DNA of 33,406 nucleotides from Betaproteobacteria bacterium (GTDB lineage Bacteria; Pseudomonadota; Gammaproteobacteria; Burkholderiales; Burkholderiaceae_F): NCBI GenBank assembly GCA_046316025.1, contig JBKCXU010000149.1, positions 1 to 33,406 of the forward strand, read 5' to 3'. Shown piece by piece: positions 31,936 to 33,406 of this stretch (position 1 is its first letter; each line of letters starts with the position of its first letter). The notes under the pieces were generated by a model. It saw only the letters and a program-made list of their open reading frames with translations, ran no database searches and was not told where the DNA came from. The position numbers and the translations under genes were made by a program.

Positions 31936-33406
31936 GCCGCCAACTCCCGATTCAACTCATCGATCACCTTCGGCAGTTCCGCGCCAAAGAGCTGATGCAC
32001 CCGCCCCAGCCCGCCGCGCTGGTCGAAGGGCGCGTAGCCGAAGTCTTCCGCTTCGATGCCGAGGTTGCTGGCGATGTGATCGGCCATCTTCTCCAGCCAC
32101 CAGCGCTGCTCGTCGGTGAAGCGGCGCTTGAACCCATCCCGTCCCCGGCCCTCCCCTTGAAGGGGAGGGAGGGTTTGCTTGCTGCGGCCCTCCCCTTGAA
32201 GGGGAGGGAGGGTTTGCTTGCTGCGGCCCTCCTCTTGAAGGCGCGGGATGTTTTCCTGCTGCGCGATCCACGCGCGGAAGTTGGCCATCACACGCTCGGG
32301 GTAGGGCACGAGTTCGTTGTCCTGGTGCATCGCGTAGCGCACCAGTGAGACGAGGTCGGTCAGGATGCGGCGGCCGCTCGCGCCCTTGACCTTGTCTTTA
32401 TGCAGCGCAGCGTAGGCCTGCCAGAGCTGGCTCTCCGTCCACAGCTGTGGCGGGGCTTGCAGGGCGTCGGCGAGGCGGCGCAGATCGTCGAACTTGAGCG
32501 GCGCCTTGGTCGGGCGGTTGTAGAGGATCTGCAGCGCGGTGATCTCGTCGCGGTGCTGGGCGATAAAGGCTTCAAAGCTCTGCACCAGCGCCTCAGCGCG
32601 CTCGCGCGCCGCGGCGGAAAAGCCGGCCTCCAGCACGCGGTCTTGGGTGACGGTGTCGATCACCAGCTCTTTCTGCTGCTTGAGGTTGAGGATCAGCGTG
32701 CGCAGCGCGGGGCTGGAGAGCGGCGCGACGGCGCGGCGCAATGCAGCCTCCGCCTCGTGGGGGCTGCGGTCTTCGCGCGGGTCCAGCGCCTGCACGATGC
32801 CGCGTGCCAGCGCCTTGAGGTCCGCGCCGCCGGCTTCGGCGGCCAGCCGTGCGCGCTCGGCCTCGCTCAGTTGCGCGTCCAGCCGCGCCAGCCGCACGGC
32901 CACACTGGAGAGCACTTCGGGCTCCACGTTGCCCAGCGCCACGGCTTGCAGCAGCGCATCGAGCGGCACACTCTTTTTCTGGTCCAGCGGGCGGCTGTCG
33001 GTCTTATCGCGCTCGCACACGCCCACGCAGTCGACGATGACAAAGCGGTCTTTGTGCACATGCGCGCCGGGGTTGACGCCGCGCAGGTCGTCGTCGCGGA
33101 TCACGCGGACGCCGCGGCCTTTCATCTGCTCGAAGAAGCTGCGGCTCTTGACGCTGCGCATAAAGACGACGATCTCCACCGGCTTGATGTCGGTGCCGGT
33201 GGCGATCATGTCCACCGTCACGGCCACACGCGGAAAGTAGCTGTTGCGAAAAGCGCTGATCAAGTCCTCGGGCTTGGTGCCGCTGGTTTTGTAGGTGATC
33301 TTTTGGGCGAAGTCGTTGCCCTTGCCAAATTCTTCGCGCAGGATTTCCACAATCTTCTCGGCGTGGTTGTCGTCTTTGGCAAAGATCAGGGTCTTGGGCA
33401 CCTCAG
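31932..33406 (-). CDS. hsdR: Type I restriction enzyme R subunit HsdR, C-terminal ~490 aa only (5' end lies outside the window). Contains an in-frame 39-bp tandem repeat.
   Basis: Helicase C-terminal motifs (PKTLIFAKDDNHAEKIV, ATGTDIKPVEIVVFMRSVKSRSFFEQMKGRGVR) plus a C-terminal helical domain. Confidence 0.85.
   Translation of the reverse strand, partial: EVPKTLIFAKDDNHAEKIVEILREEFGKGNDFAQKITYKTSGTKPEDLISAFRNSYFPRVAVTVDMIATGTDIKPVEIVVFMRSVKSRSFFEQMKGRGVRVIRDDDLRGVNPGAHVHKDRFVIVDCVGVCERDKTDSRPLDQKKSVPLDALLQAVALGNVEPEVLSSVAVRLARLDAQLSEAERARLAAEAGGADLKALARGIVQALDPREDRSPHEAEAALRRAVAPLSSPALRTLILNLKQQKELVIDTVTQDRVLEAGFSAAARERAEALVQSFEAFIAQHRDEITALQILYNRPTKAPLKFDDLRRLADALQAPPQLWTESQLWQAYAALHKDKVKGASGRRILTDLVSLVRYAMHQDNELVPYPERVMANFRAWIAQQENIPRLQEEGRSKQTLPPLQGEGRSKQTLPPLQGEGRGRDGFKRRFTDEQRWWLEKMADHIASNLGIEAEDFGYAPFDQRGGLGRVHQLFGAELPKVIDELNRELAA
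32147..32240. repeat. 39-bp tandem repeat (2.4 copies) inside hsdR. Each unit contains the hairpin CCCTCCCC TTGAA GGGGAGGG. It encodes LQGEGRSKQTLPP x2.
   Basis: ggccctccccttgaaggggagggagggtttgcttgctgc repeated at 32147 and 32186, with a partial third copy. Confidence 0.8.

Overview
This is a high-GC window, probably from a beta- or gamma-proteobacterium, with nearly every gene on the minus strand. It splits into three parts.

(1) Positions 1-15100 are ordinary core genes. A ubiquinone cluster reads ubiE, Tim44-like, small membrane protein, ubiJ, ubiB. A DUF971 gene follows, then the minor-pilin operon fimU-pilV-pilW-pilX-pilY1-pilE with a divergent fimT. The PilY1 here is giant (1958 aa) and carries about 19 cysteine-rich repeats.

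(2) Positions 15250-22240 look like an RNA-repair or RNA-conflict island. A dense array of 17 tRNA genes (Gly, Tyr, Ala-like, Lys, Asp, Arg, Asn, Glu, Thr-like, Phe, Met-like, Cys, Leu, Leu, His, Pro, Ser) is packed into about 1.65 kb. Spacers between genes are often only 4-10 nt. Many of these tRNAs have systematically non-canonical T-loops, with covarying changes at positions 54 and 58 (A54/U58 or G54/G58). The array sits immediately upstream of, and co-oriented with, rtcB (RNA ligase). Downstream come a tRNA-Gln, an HNH endonuclease, a terminator, an anticodon-less tRNA-like element, a tRNA(CAT), an SPFH/band-7 protein and a Pol-beta-type nucleotidyltransferase. No Ro/Rsr gene is present.

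(3) Positions 22400-33406 form a defence or accessory island. It holds a CII-like HTH regulator flanked by palindromic direct repeats. It also holds an intact hipB next to a hipA pseudogene with three separate lesions. The rest is a rearranged type I R-M locus: hsdR (truncated by the window edge), hsdS, an unknown 318-aa protein, a PIN/VapC toxin, a COG2865 remnant, an hsdM remnant, a full COG2865 gene, and a full hsdM.

A family of GC-rich palindromic repeats with core CCCCTCCCC...GGGGAGGG is scattered across the window. Two copies sit in-frame inside hsdM and hsdR. All tRNA calls were made by manual folding of the reverse complement; no search tools were available.
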